This document shows, piece after piece, positions 25,740-35,363 of a DNA stretch of 64,000 nt. Position 1 is the stretch's first letter; every line of letters starts with the position of its first letter. The stretch lies in IMG/VR virus record IMGVR_UViG_3300044621_002455; one strand, written 5' to 3'. Below the pieces are notes generated by a model. That model was not told where the DNA came from. It saw nothing but the letters and a program-made list of their open reading frames with translations, and ran no database searches. The DNA comes from an uncultured virus (IMG/VR IMGVR_UViG_3300044621_002455) (lineage: Duplodnaviria; Heunggongvirae; Uroviricota; Caudoviricetes). A program made the position numbers and the translations under genes.

Positions 25740-28700
25740 TCAGAAACTTCCTTCATCAATGGTGGCATCAATCGTGCCAGCAGAGAAGTTGCCACTACTG
25801 TCGCGGGCAACAATGGCATTGGCAGTGTTAGCGCTAGTGGCAGTGGTGGCACTGTTACTAACTTTTCCTGCAGTGGAAATAGTAGAAAGTTTAGTGTCGG
25901 CAATGCTGCCAGCAAGCATCGTGTTGGTAACAGTGCCAGTATCACCAGTGGTAATAATGGTGCCAGTAGTATCTGGAAGCGTGACCACCTTGTCAGAAGT
26001 GGCATCAGCAGCAGCAAGCTGGATTTCAAAAGTGTTATCAGTGGCGCCTTCAAAAAGAAGCGTGCCAGCGCTGCCAATGACCACTTCACCAGTGATGGTG
26101 CCGCCAGTCCTTGGTAATGCAGCGTTGGCCAAATCAAAAGCACTCTTCACTGCAGTGGCAGTAGCAGCAAGCGTAGAACTTGTAGTGGACGTGCTATCAG
26201 TAAGAATGACGGTGCCACGTACGCTTGTAGTGGCATCGGGGATGGAAATAACAGCATTCGTAGTGCCGCTCACCACAGTGAGCGGAGAATTCACGCTTAC
26301 TGAAAGGACTGTGCCACTCGCGGGTGTTGTCCAATGTACGCCACCACCAAAGGCCGAATTAGCGGTGAGTACCTGGCCATTAGTGCCAACAGCTTGCTTG
26401 ACAAGCGTTGTACCACTAGCAACAAGAATGTCACCTTTCGTATAGGTGTTAAAGCCAGTGCCACCATAGCCAGTGGTCAAAATGCCACTTGCTACGTTAT
26501 TAATGTTGCGGCATTCGGCATTAACTTCTTCAATTGCGGATTGCACATTGGTACTGCCAATGGTTCCAGCCGGAGCAAACGCAACGTTAGAAGCAGTCTG
26601 AGAAAGATAGGTGGAGCTAACGTCAAGTTCCACCCACGCCGTGCCATTGCAAAGCAGGATGTCGGGCGGCTGCAAAACAGTTTCAGGCGCAGGCGAAGTG
26701 CCCGTTCCTCCACTCGCCACCACAACGTAATAGCGATTAAATGTGGTCGATGCAGCAGGAAGTGGTTGCCCTAAAGAAAGGCCAATAGCTGCGCCATCGG
26801 CACTAACGCTTGCAATGGTGTTTCCAGAAGCGTTATAAGTGCCGCCAAAAATAATTTCGCCAACTGAAATGCCAACTGGGTTCCAAACGTTACCGTCCCA
26901 GAGATAAAGATCTTTCTCCAATGGATTGAAGAAGAATTGTCCAATAAAATCAGCAACTGGTGGCGCTTCACCAAACTGACTCACTGAATAGTTGGCAAGC
27001 TTGGAAGCAAGAATTGCTTCGTCCGCGATAAACCCGCTGCCAAATGTGCCAGTGGTAATTTTGCTAGCGGGAAGAGAAGGAATATCGTCAGCGACAAGAG
27101 AAGTTTCACCAGCACTAATGTGCCCCTGCTCATCTACCGTCACCTTGTAGTAAACGCCAGATGCCACACTATTTGCGTGGTTAAAAATGCCGCTAACAGT
27201 AACCAAGCCTGTGCCAGCCTGAGCTACGCCCAAAGCAGCGGTGGTTGCTTTCGGAAGATCGTCGGCAGTGATGGCCCTGAAAGTGGGAGCAGCATCAGCA
27301 TTGCCACTTGCTGGGCCAGCGAAGAAGCGCGTTGCTACTTGCGTATTTAACGAAGGAACAATGGAAGCACTAAATTCGTCAGGGTAAGATGTGGCGTAAG
27401 TGTAAACAGTGTCGCCTGAAATAACAGTGGTAGCGAGCCCACTTTGCCTCCGCCAAGCGCTTCCAGTCCAAGTGTATTCAACACCAGTATTTGTATTGAG
27501 CCATTGCTGGCCAATGAAATCACCGTCGCCAGTCGGAGTGGATCCAGCGACAACGGCGGCAGAGTTATCGGCTAGTTTTGCTGCAGTGACGCCACTATCA
27601 ATGATCTTGGCAGTAGTAACAGCGCCATCAAGAATCTTGATAGTCGTTACAGCATCATTGGAAATAGTGGTACTAAATCCAGCGGTGCCAGTGCCAGTGA
27701 CATCCCCGGAAAGAGTGATGGTCTGGTCGCCAGTGTTGGTGCCAGTGGAAGTACCAGAAAAGCTGCCATTTTGAGTGGCAAGCGTGCCGAGGCCTAGTGT
27801 TGTGCGCTGAGCACTGGCATCAGCATCGTCCAATAAAGCCCTGCCAGCAGCCGTAAGCGTGATTTCCTCTACATTGCCACTTCCTGCAGAGGCCCTGCCA
27901 AGCAGCACACCACTGGCCACTTGTTGAATTTTGGCAAACGTAACTGCATTATCTGCAATGGCAGCAGTGGGGATGGAGCCACTTACATAGCTTCCAGAAG
28001 GAATGGAACTCGCCGTAATGAGAGAGCCGGAAAGCTCACCAGAGGAAAGAGAAAGCTTGGCAAGCGTAACAGAGCCAGATGCAAGCTTTGCTGCCGTGAC
28101 ATTACCGTCTGTGATATTCACAGTGGCCACTGCGTTAGCAGCAAGCTTTACTTGCGTAACGCCACTATCTGCAATGTAAGCAGTGGCAATACTTCCGCTA
28201 GCTAGCTTGCTCTGCGTAATACTTCCGTCAACAATATGAACTCCACTGACTGCAGCGGCAGCAATTTTCGCGCCCGTAATCGCACTGTCAGCAATATTAA
28301 CAGTCACCACTGCATCAGCAGCTAATTTCCCTGCTGCCACTCCACTTGCAACTAGTTGAACACTATCAACTGAATTTGCGGCAAGCTTTGCATTGGTTAC
28401 GCCGCTATCAGCAATCTTGACAGTGCTAACGCTGCCACTTGCAAGCTTGTCGGAAGTGACACTTCCATCCTCAAGAAGAGCCGTGTTGATAGTATTGCCA
28501 GTGGCAACAGCTCCTAGTCCGATGGTGGAGCGGACAGTTGCGGCGTCGGCATCGTCGAGGATGGTGCGAGCAAATGAAGTGCAAGTAATTTCTTCAATGC
28601 TTCCACTACTGGCAGAAGACCGCCCTAGAAGCTTGTCTGTTGCGCTAACGTTTTGAATCTTGGCATAAGTGATTGCGCCGTCAGCAATGGCAGTGGTGCC

Positions 28701-28901
28701 AATTTTTGTAGTGCTACTTTGATTGATCTTTGCAATATCTAGCGTTGACGAATCCGCTAGGCTAAAACCAGCTTGGATTAAGCTTTTTACTGCTACCTTC
28801 TTTGTCTGACTTGCGCTAATGTCTACAATTGGCAATACGTCGCCAGAAGCAACTGCCCCTTGGGAAAGCTCAACAAGTTCCGTGATTCTTTGATCGGCCA
28901 T
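25740..28901 (-). CDS. long tail fibre protein
   Basis: 1053 aa with many VT.AK(L/I)AD repeats, MADQRITEL N-terminus, IDEGSF end. Confidence 0.85.
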   Translation of the reverse strand: MADQRITELVELSQGAVASGDVLPIVDISASQTKKVAVKSLIQAGFSLADSSTLDIAKINQSSTTKIGTTAIADGAITYAKIQNVSATDKLLGRSSASSGSIEEITCTSFARTILDDADAATVRSTIGLGAVATGNTINTALLEDGSVTSDKLASGSVSTVKIADSGVTNAKLAANSVDSVQLVASGVAAGKLAADAVVTVNIADSAITGAKIAAAAVSGVHIVDGSITQSKLASGSIATAYIADSGVTQVKLAANAVATVNITDGNVTAAKLASGSVTLAKLSLSSGELSGSLITASSIPSGSYVSGSIPTAAIADNAVTFAKIQQVASGVLLGRASAGSGNVEEITLTAAGRALLDDADASAQRTTLGLGTLATQNGSFSGTSTGTNTGDQTITLSGDVTGTGTAGFSTTISNDAVTTIKILDGAVTTAKIIDSGVTAAKLADNSAAVVAGSTPTGDGDFIGQQWLNTNTGVEYTWTGSAWRRQSGLATTVISGDTVYTYATSYPDEFSASIVPSLNTQVATRFFAGPASGNADAAPTFRAITADDLPKATTAALGVAQAGTGLVTVSGIFNHANSVASGVYYKVTVDEQGHISAGETSLVADDIPSLPASKITTGTFGSGFIADEAILASKLANYSVSQFGEAPPVADFIGQFFFNPLEKDLYLWDGNVWNPVGISVGEIIFGGTYNASGNTIASVSADGAAIGLSLGQPLPAASTTFNRYYVVVASGGTGTSPAPETVLQPPDILLCNGTAWVELDVSSTYLSQTASNVAFAPAGTIGSTNVQSAIEEVNAECRNINNVASGILTTGYGGTGFNTYTKGDILVASGTTLVKQAVGTNGQVLTANSAFGGGVHWTTPASGTVLSVSVNSPLTVVSGTTNAVISIPDATTSVRGTVILTDSTSTTSSTLAATATAVKSAFDLANAALPRTGGTITGEVVIGSAGTLLFEGATDNTFEIQLAAADATSDKVVTLPDTTGTIITTGDTGTVTNTMLAGSIADTKLSTISTAGKVSNSATTATSANTANAIVARDSSGNFSAGTIDATIDEGSF

Positions 28902-28955
28902 CTCTCAGAAGGGCAAAGCTAAATACAGTCTAGTCTTAAACGATAATAGCTATTA

Positions 28956-29831
28956 TCAGTCCGTCACTTCCTGCAGAAGATAATCAAGACTCTGCTCAAG
29001 ATAAATGGCGTCGTTGTCCTCCTTGAGAATGTAATCAGAAGGCACACCAATGCGAAGCTTAAATTCTCCAGTGGTAACAAAATCTACGGAACAGGAAACC
29101 AGCGCGTCTGCCGTGACAGTAACGCCAGCCCTAGTGATCACTGCATCCACTTCATAATACACCTCCTCTGTGAAAGTTGCAGTTTTTTCGACTGAAGACA
29201 AAGAAAGAAGCGCTTTAAAGCTGCTTCCAATATCCAAACGGTTGATAATCTGCAGCAGCAATAAAGGAGTCTCGAAAACACCAGTGGTTTCGTAGCTAAA
29301 TAAACACTCGATGCTTCCGTTTCCGCTCAACAAGCCAGCAGAATACTGCTGCCTAAACACATCAGAAAGGCTCGTTGTTTCCATCGCCCCTCTGTCAGTA
29401 TTGATTTCAAACGAAGTGACAGAGCCAAGCGTGTTATAGCGCGTATCCCTCACTGCAATGGAAATTTGCAAGTCAGAGCCAGAAAAAGAAGAAAGTGCAA
29501 CTTCCTCTGCCCTGGTATTATTAATTGCATCAGCAAAATCTCGATAAAGACGAATGCCGCCTACCTTATTAACGTTGACAACCGCTCTTGCGTTACTAGC
29601 CTTTTGCCCTTCAGGCAAGTCCCAGAAGGACGATGGAAGAAAATCAATTCCCCTTGCATCAGTGGTTGATATTTCAATTAAGTCTCCGGTGATTAAATTA
29701 TCTTCGCTGTTCTCAAAACTAAATCTATTAAGCGTCGTGTTGACATCCTCTGGCGAAACAACAGCAGGAAAGCTGTTGCTTGCATTTCGTTGAAGCCTGA
29801 CAATGCCAGTATGGCCAACAAAAAACGTCAT
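28956..29831 (-). CDS. tail/baseplate structural protein
   Basis: 291 aa in the tail module, with a tube-like C-terminal half. Confidence 0.65.
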   Translation of the reverse strand: MTFFVGHTGIVRLQRNASNSFPAVVSPEDVNTTLNRFSFENSEDNLITGDLIEISTTDARGIDFLPSSFWDLPEGQKASNARAVVNVNKVGGIRLYRDFADAINNTRAEEVALSSFSGSDLQISIAVRDTRYNTLGSVTSFEINTDRGAMETTSLSDVFRQQYSAGLLSGNGSIECLFSYETTGVFETPLLLLQIINRLDIGSSFKALLSLSSVEKTATFTEEVYYEVDAVITRAGVTVTADALVSCSVDFVTTGEFKLRIGVPSDYILKEDNDAIYLEQSLDYLLQEVTD

Positions 29832-29881
29832 TTCGCCTCGGCATCAATCATTTTATTGTACTCAACAAACACCTTTTAAAA

Positions 29882-30301
29882 TCAAGTGGTGCCAGTAAGC
29901 GTGACAGTAGTTAGCGGGCCATTGAGAGTGAAATTAAATGAAACAGTGGTCAGTTCGTCAGTGGAAGAAGTGATACTGGCGCTATTGATAAAAGCATCCG
30001 CAGTAAAAAGCTGATTAGTCCCCACTTCAAACGTAAGCGCCACTTCATCGCTGTCAGTGATAGCACCAGTTTTTGCAATCTTTTCAAGAAGATTAGTCAC
30101 GTCAGTGGTGTCGCCGTTGTAGTAGGACAAAGTGGCACTACCAGTGCCACTAAACAAGCCGGGAGTAAAAGTGTTGGCAGTGTCTCCCAGCGCTGTGGTA
30201 TCCAGCATGTTGACAGACGTATCTAGCGTCCAATTGCGCACTTTTGATATTTCGCTACCGCCGAGGCGCAATTTACCAGTGCGACCAGTATAAAAGGGCA
30301 T
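29882..30301 (-). CDS. tail tube-like minor protein
   Basis: G.L..GG..I..VRNWTLD...LDTTALGD...PGL.SGTGSA. Confidence 0.65.
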   Translation of the reverse strand: MPFYTGRTGKLRLGGSEISKVRNWTLDTSVNMLDTTALGDTANTFTPGLFSGTGSATLSYYNGDTTDVTNLLEKIAKTGAITDSDEVALTFEVGTNQLFTADAFINSASITSSTDELTTVSFNFTLNGPLTTVTLTGTT

Positions 30302-30344
30302 CGCTTTAAAGCTTTTGTTTTAATCTTAGCACTTTCAGGAATGA

Positions 30345-33300
30345 TTAATCAATGCGATAAAGCGATGGATCAAAGCGAACAATTCTTGATTTTGTTTGTC
30401 CACCTTCTTCTTCGCAAGGATGTTCAATAGCTCTCACTGTAATTTCACCTTCTTCCTCCATTGACACTTCTGTCACGCGGAAAACGCGCTTGGTGGTCAC
30501 TGCAGTGCCAAGCACAAACAACCATCCTTCATATGCAGCGAAGGAGGCCGACTGGCTGTCTACTACTGACACTGAAAGCTTCACAATGCCTTCATTGGGA
30601 CTGCCGCTATACAGGAGCGCTGTGTAGGAGCCATTGATTGGGTCTTCAGCCAATGGCGTGTTTAGTCTGCCGTCTGCTTCAACAATGCCACTACGAAAAT
30701 CGTCCCATTGATTCTGGTCTGTTTGCACGTAAATGTAACTGCCAGGCTCGATGGGGCTTTCAGTGGGGAAGGTTTTAAATTCCACTGCACGCCTCGATAG
30801 CCTCCGTTGTTGGCAAAGCAACATCCCATAATGCAGCGCCTGCGTGCGGCGAACAACAAAATCAGACAAATTGAATGTTTGACGAACGCTGGTAGTTTCG
30901 CTGGCATTGGCAAGCATAATCGTCAAGCTTGTGTTACCAGGAAAAACATTGTCATTCTCAGTGTTGCGGTAGACAATGGTGGCAATCAAATCTTGCGTGT
31001 TATCGCCATAATCAAGAAACTCTTCCTTGTAGCTGTCCTCAAGAATGTTCCCTTGATTAAACAATGCAGAAATGGAAATGTTCCTGGTGACGTTGCCAAA
31101 CGTGTCGTAAGGCACTGCAGGAACCAAGGTTTCCTTGCCGCCAATTCGTGCAAATTCCAGAAGGGAGAATGGCGCAACAGTGCTCCAGAATTCTCGCCAT
31201 GATTGGGGCTCCGCAATCACTCCGTCCATATAGTAACCATTCGCTCGGCAGAATTTCTGTGCCAAGCCAAGACGCGCCGTATCAATGCCATTAACATTTG
31301 CATAGGCGCCAATACCATTCTTTTCGTCAAGAATTGTGTCAAGGAAGATTTCTGGTGCAAAGCTTGTGGATGAAACCAGCCCAGAAGAATAGCTCCCACC
31401 ATCGCTAAGCTTTCTTACTTTCTTGCCCTTTGTCACCCATGCGCTAAGTGAGCGCAAATCTTGTACGCCTTGTCCGCTGTAAATATTTAAACCAAGTAGC
31501 ACTAAATCTTGATAGAGATTTGGCGAGAAACTTTCAAGCTGCTGTTCCGTCACTGCAGCCAATGTATTCTCTGCACCACTATCAAAAGAGAAAGAAATCT
31601 GCGTGTCAGAGCGCAATGAAAAAAGGCCCCATTCATCAATAAATTTTGGCGTGCGATTTAAACGAGGGCGTAGGCGAATGGTTTGGCGAGTCTTGCCACG
31701 GAAAACTAGTTGATGCCCACCATCAAGACTCACGCTATTTTGCTCGTCGTTTAGCCCATAGCCAAACGTACGAAGGTAGATCATGGTGATTTGCTGTGCA
31801 TCATTATGAGTGCGCAGCTCAGCAGGGAGATCAACGATGGGTTCAAATTTAAACTGCCACTTATCTTTTGACGCAGCAATAAAACGAAGGTGCGTATAGA
31901 TGTCTACTTCCTTGCCATTGCGAATGGCTAGTACATACTTTGCTCTTGTATAACGAGAGTCCCCTGGCTTCTTATAAAGCATCCAAAACATTGACGTACG
32001 ATTGCGCACACCGTTGTCGCTATCTCTATGCCCTTGCATGTCTTCTTCTGCATATTTGCTTTGCCTTCCCTGAATGCGCTGGAAGATTTTGCTCTTAAAG
32101 CAAAAGTTAATAATGTCGCATTTAGTAGTGGCTTCGTAGCTAATTTCGTCAATTTTTGCAATACATTTCGTATTGAAATAGTCGTTCCAGTTGTCTTTGT
32201 TCTTTAGCTCGGCTTCGGTCTCCCGCAGTTCTCTGGTGGCTTCGTCGTATCGCCGCTGCCAATCTTGCTGCGCAGCCGTTTCCGCCGGAATATCCCTTTG
32301 ATTTCTAATAAGCTCGTCGATTGCACGCCGAATTTGACGCCGCTCTCGACGCATGGCCCGAAGCTCATCTCTTAAATTTGTACTCGGAGACTGATCAAAC
32401 AATCCTTCTTGAATCGCCTGAGGCATGAGCCTGCGAACAAGATCGTTAATCTGTCTACGGCTTTCTTTCTTTGCCGTAGTTTGATCACGAATAGCCTGTT
32501 TTTTCTCGGCGCGTCTATCTTTAAGGCGGTTAATCCTATCTCTTTGGCTGTTACTAAAAGGCCTTTCGCCTAGCAAATCTTGAATGGTGGAGTTAATATC
32601 TTCTAGCTCTTCGCGGCGGGCGTCAATAATCCTATTGCGCTCCCTCACGTCATCTTCCAAGTTATTAATCTGCCTATTTACATCTTGGAATGCCCCTGTC
32701 TCGTCTAGTAAATCTCTAAAGTCTTTGGAAGATATGTCTCCCCTCCTGATTGCAGAAGCTCTTAATATATTCTCATCCAATTGCTCTAGTCTTGTCGCGT
32801 ATTGATCAATTTGAGCGGCAGTAGCCCCGCTAATCTTTTCGCCAAAAGCTATACCTTTTTCAATCTGCAATTCAGTAATAAGAGCCTCTAATTCTTTCTT
32901 TCTTGCCCTAAGCTCTTCGCCATTTTCCTGATAATTAAGAGTTTTATAGTCTTCTTCGCACAATACGCCAGGCTCCACACATTTGAACGTAAACTGACCC
33001 TCTATATCGCTTCCGCTATTAATATTACTGGAAACCATTTTTAATTTTGCTGCACCAATCTTGTATAAACTGGAAGAATCAAACACAGTAATATAAGAAC
33101 TGCGTAAGTCAACGGCCGCCCTTTCAACATCTTCATCCACCCGCTTACCATCGTCCTCTCTAAAAATGAGAGTTAATTCACTGCCGGTAGGAAGCGCTGG
33201 GCGAACGCCAACAGGAGGCCATGTATCCGGCCAAAAACTGCCTCTTCCAGTGAGATTGACGCCAAGCTGGTCACGCTCTTCTTTGCCCTCATCATCTCGA

Positions 33301-34067
33301 TCTTCAACTTGCACCCTGATTGGCACAACGTCATACACGCCAAGTGAAGTGGCAGTGGTTGGGGAGAATGCTTGACTGAAACCTTCTGGCCTGCTCAGTC
33401 CAGACGTGTTGGCCTTATACACTGCATCAGAGGGGGTGATGCCTTCCCTGGAAGGGTCATCAGCATTCAGCGGCTGAGGATATTGATTATGAATGAAAGC
33501 AAGGCGTCCTCCTTCTGGCTGCGCATAAAGCCAGAAGCGTTGAGCTGGAATATCCCGTAATGGCGTTTGCCCAAATGCCGTTCGACCATAACCAAATTCT
33601 TCAATGGGACCAGCTCCGACAACAGTAAGCATCTGCATGAACTGGCGGGAGCCAAGACTATGCACTGCAGACCAAACCAACGAAGTATTGACCCTCACTC
33701 CACCAGCGGAATTCTCAGAATTATTTGTATAGATGAGATTCACTGGATCGCCGTAACGAGCCACTTCCTGAAAAGAATTGAAGCCATATCGAGGAGCAAA
33801 GAATAAATTCCTGCTCCGCCGTCCCATCGTTGCGCTGGGAGCTTCTGGCTTCGGAGCAAGCAATGCAGCGCCAACTTGCGCCAAGGTGCCAACAATAGTA
33901 AGAATGAGCGCAACAGTTCCGGCTTCTAAGCCATTCCGCACGTCAAGAACAGTGCCTTCTTTGTTGTCGCGATAATTTAATCGAGCCAAATAAAACTGCC
34001 AGTATTCTTCCTCTGAAATTTGAAGGGCGTCAATCAGAGCGCGTTCGTAAGGAAGGAGGCGTCTCAT
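30345..34067 (-). CDS. central tail tip / host-specificity protein (gpJ-like) with coiled-coil insertion
   Basis: 1240 aa downstream of tape measure, Dit, L and K-like genes. Confidence 0.75.
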   Translation of the reverse strand: MRRLLPYERALIDALQISEEEYWQFYLARLNYRDNKEGTVLDVRNGLEAGTVALILTIVGTLAQVGAALLAPKPEAPSATMGRRSRNLFFAPRYGFNSFQEVARYGDPVNLIYTNNSENSAGGVRVNTSLVWSAVHSLGSRQFMQMLTVVGAGPIEEFGYGRTAFGQTPLRDIPAQRFWLYAQPEGGRLAFIHNQYPQPLNADDPSREGITPSDAVYKANTSGLSRPEGFSQAFSPTTATSLGVYDVVPIRVQVEDRDDEGKEERDQLGVNLTGRGSFWPDTWPPVGVRPALPTGSELTLIFREDDGKRVDEDVERAAVDLRSSYITVFDSSSLYKIGAAKLKMVSSNINSGSDIEGQFTFKCVEPGVLCEEDYKTLNYQENGEELRARKKELEALITELQIEKGIAFGEKISGATAAQIDQYATRLEQLDENILRASAIRRGDISSKDFRDLLDETGAFQDVNRQINNLEDDVRERNRIIDARREELEDINSTIQDLLGERPFSNSQRDRINRLKDRRAEKKQAIRDQTTAKKESRRQINDLVRRLMPQAIQEGLFDQSPSTNLRDELRAMRRERRQIRRAIDELIRNQRDIPAETAAQQDWQRRYDEATRELRETEAELKNKDNWNDYFNTKCIAKIDEISYEATTKCDIINFCFKSKIFQRIQGRQSKYAEEDMQGHRDSDNGVRNRTSMFWMLYKKPGDSRYTRAKYVLAIRNGKEVDIYTHLRFIAASKDKWQFKFEPIVDLPAELRTHNDAQQITMIYLRTFGYGLNDEQNSVSLDGGHQLVFRGKTRQTIRLRPRLNRTPKFIDEWGLFSLRSDTQISFSFDSGAENTLAAVTEQQLESFSPNLYQDLVLLGLNIYSGQGVQDLRSLSAWVTKGKKVRKLSDGGSYSSGLVSSTSFAPEIFLDTILDEKNGIGAYANVNGIDTARLGLAQKFCRANGYYMDGVIAEPQSWREFWSTVAPFSLLEFARIGGKETLVPAVPYDTFGNVTRNISISALFNQGNILEDSYKEEFLDYGDNTQDLIATIVYRNTENDNVFPGNTSLTIMLANASETTSVRQTFNLSDFVVRRTQALHYGMLLCQQRRLSRRAVEFKTFPTESPIEPGSYIYVQTDQNQWDDFRSGIVEADGRLNTPLAEDPINGSYTALLYSGSPNEGIVKLSVSVVDSQSASFAAYEGWLFVLGTAVTTKRVFRVTEVSMEEEGEITVRAIEHPCEEEGGQTKSRIVRFDPSLYRID

Positions 34068-34459
34068 TCTTTGATATCAGGCAGCATTTTGAACAGTTTC
34101 AGTGATGGGAAAGACGATGACCACCATGATCGCCCTCCTCGTGAAACTGTAAGTATTCCCCCATCATAGGCCACTCCTACTGCCACCTCACCTCCTGGCC
34201 TTGGAAGAATAATGGCCACGTTGCCATCCTCTTTTTCTCTTGTTCTTTTGCCATTGTCAAACAACCATCGAATGATTCTTTTCATTGGCAAATTGCCGGA
34301 ATCGTATTCATCGTATGCCCAGCGAAACTCTTCTTCATAGTCATGAAGGCCAAGACGCCGCCTTGCTTCGCAAACAAGCATAAAGCAATCAGTTTTGCCT
34401 TCGCCTTCGCAAAATCTGGCTCTGCGCTCGTACGAAAGGCCAATTAAATCATTAATCAT
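34064..34459 (-). CDS. NlpC/P60-like tail assembly protein (gpK-like)
   Basis: DLIGLSY...G.TDCFMLV motif and gene position. Confidence 0.65.
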   Translation of the reverse strand: MINDLIGLSYERRARFCEGEGKTDCFMLVCEARRRLGLHDYEEEFRWAYDEYDSGNLPMKRIIRWLFDNGKRTREKEDGNVAIILPRPGGEVAVGVAYDGGILTVSRGGRSWWSSSFPSLKLFKMLPDIKE

Positions 34460-34965
34460 CGCAGGCTAATTTCTGCATTCAATGGCAAGAATCCCACATT
34501 CTTAGAGGAGAATGTTTGCCTTGGAAATGATGCTCCAACGCTATCCATTGCACTTCTAAAGCGCAGTTCTACAGTGGTATCGTCGAAAGATGCTCCGACG
34601 CCAACGTAAAACTCTTCATATTCAGCGGTTTTTGTGTAGCCGCTGTAGTCGAGGATAGAGCCAGTTGTTGCCATCCACACCGTCTTTAAAGACAGCTTAC
34701 TAAGACGATTTCCTTCTCCATTTTCAACAAGGGCAATGGTGAAAGCGCTATGAGGAAACAAAACGCGCAATAGGCTATTTTCTCCATTCAACGAAGACAA
34801 TGCTCCCTCCACGCGGAAAGGAGCATGGCGATAACTCGGTGATGCTGATCCGGGAATGGCTACGGAAGATGCGCCGCTGTTGAAGAAATAATTTTGGTAG
34901 TAGTGCGATTGACCGTTGGCCGTTTCAATAAAAAGGAAGTGAGCAATGTGAACGGAGGTTTCCAT
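34456..34965 (-). CDS. minor tail protein (gpL-like)
   Basis: Position between the Dit and K-like genes. Confidence 0.6.
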   Translation of the reverse strand: METSVHIAHFLFIETANGQSHYYQNYFFNSGASSVAIPGSASPSYRHAPFRVEGALSSLNGENSLLRVLFPHSAFTIALVENGEGNRLSKLSLKTVWMATTGSILDYSGYTKTAEYEEFYVGVGASFDDTTVELRFRSAMDSVGASFPRQTFSSKNVGFLPLNAEISLR

Positions 34966-34967
34966 TA

Positions 34968-35363
34968 TCAAGCGCCGGAATAGTCAAGCTCGCCAATCAG
35001 TCTCACTGTAACAGTGCTTCGCCCATTGAATACACTCTCAACTTGCGGAGGCTCTGCATATTCCCAAAGAATACTGGTTGGAGCTTGCACAACGCCTTTA
35101 AGCGTTGTGCTCATGCCAGAAAACACATCATCTGGAAGAGTGAAGCGTGAATAGTTCCCAAATTGACCATAGTAATGATCAAGAATGGCCTTCGTGCTTA
35201 CGTCGCTAATGTTTTCAAATTGCAAATCAATGGCATGACCAAACGAGCGATTGCCAAACACTCGCTTAACAGTGGCTCCTGAAAGGCCGCGATAAGTTTT
35301 AGTGGGAAATTGCCCTGGAGAATAAGACCGCCCTGTTGGGCGAATAGAAGGAAAAACTGCCAT
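34968..35363 (-). CDS. distal tail protein
   Basis: FPSIRPT.RSYSPG...WEYAEPPQVE; directly after the tape measure. Confidence 0.65.
   Translation of the reverse strand: MAVFPSIRPTGRSYSPGQFPTKTYRGLSGATVKRVFGNRSFGHAIDLQFENISDVSTKAILDHYYGQFGNYSRFTLPDDVFSGMSTTLKGVVQAPTSILWEYAEPPQVESVFNGRSTVTVRLIGELDYSGA

Noticed and set aside
32190..32940. Intein in the tail tip protein
   Set aside because: No Cys/Ser N-terminal block, HN C-terminus or LAGLIDADG motifs; the insert is coiled coil
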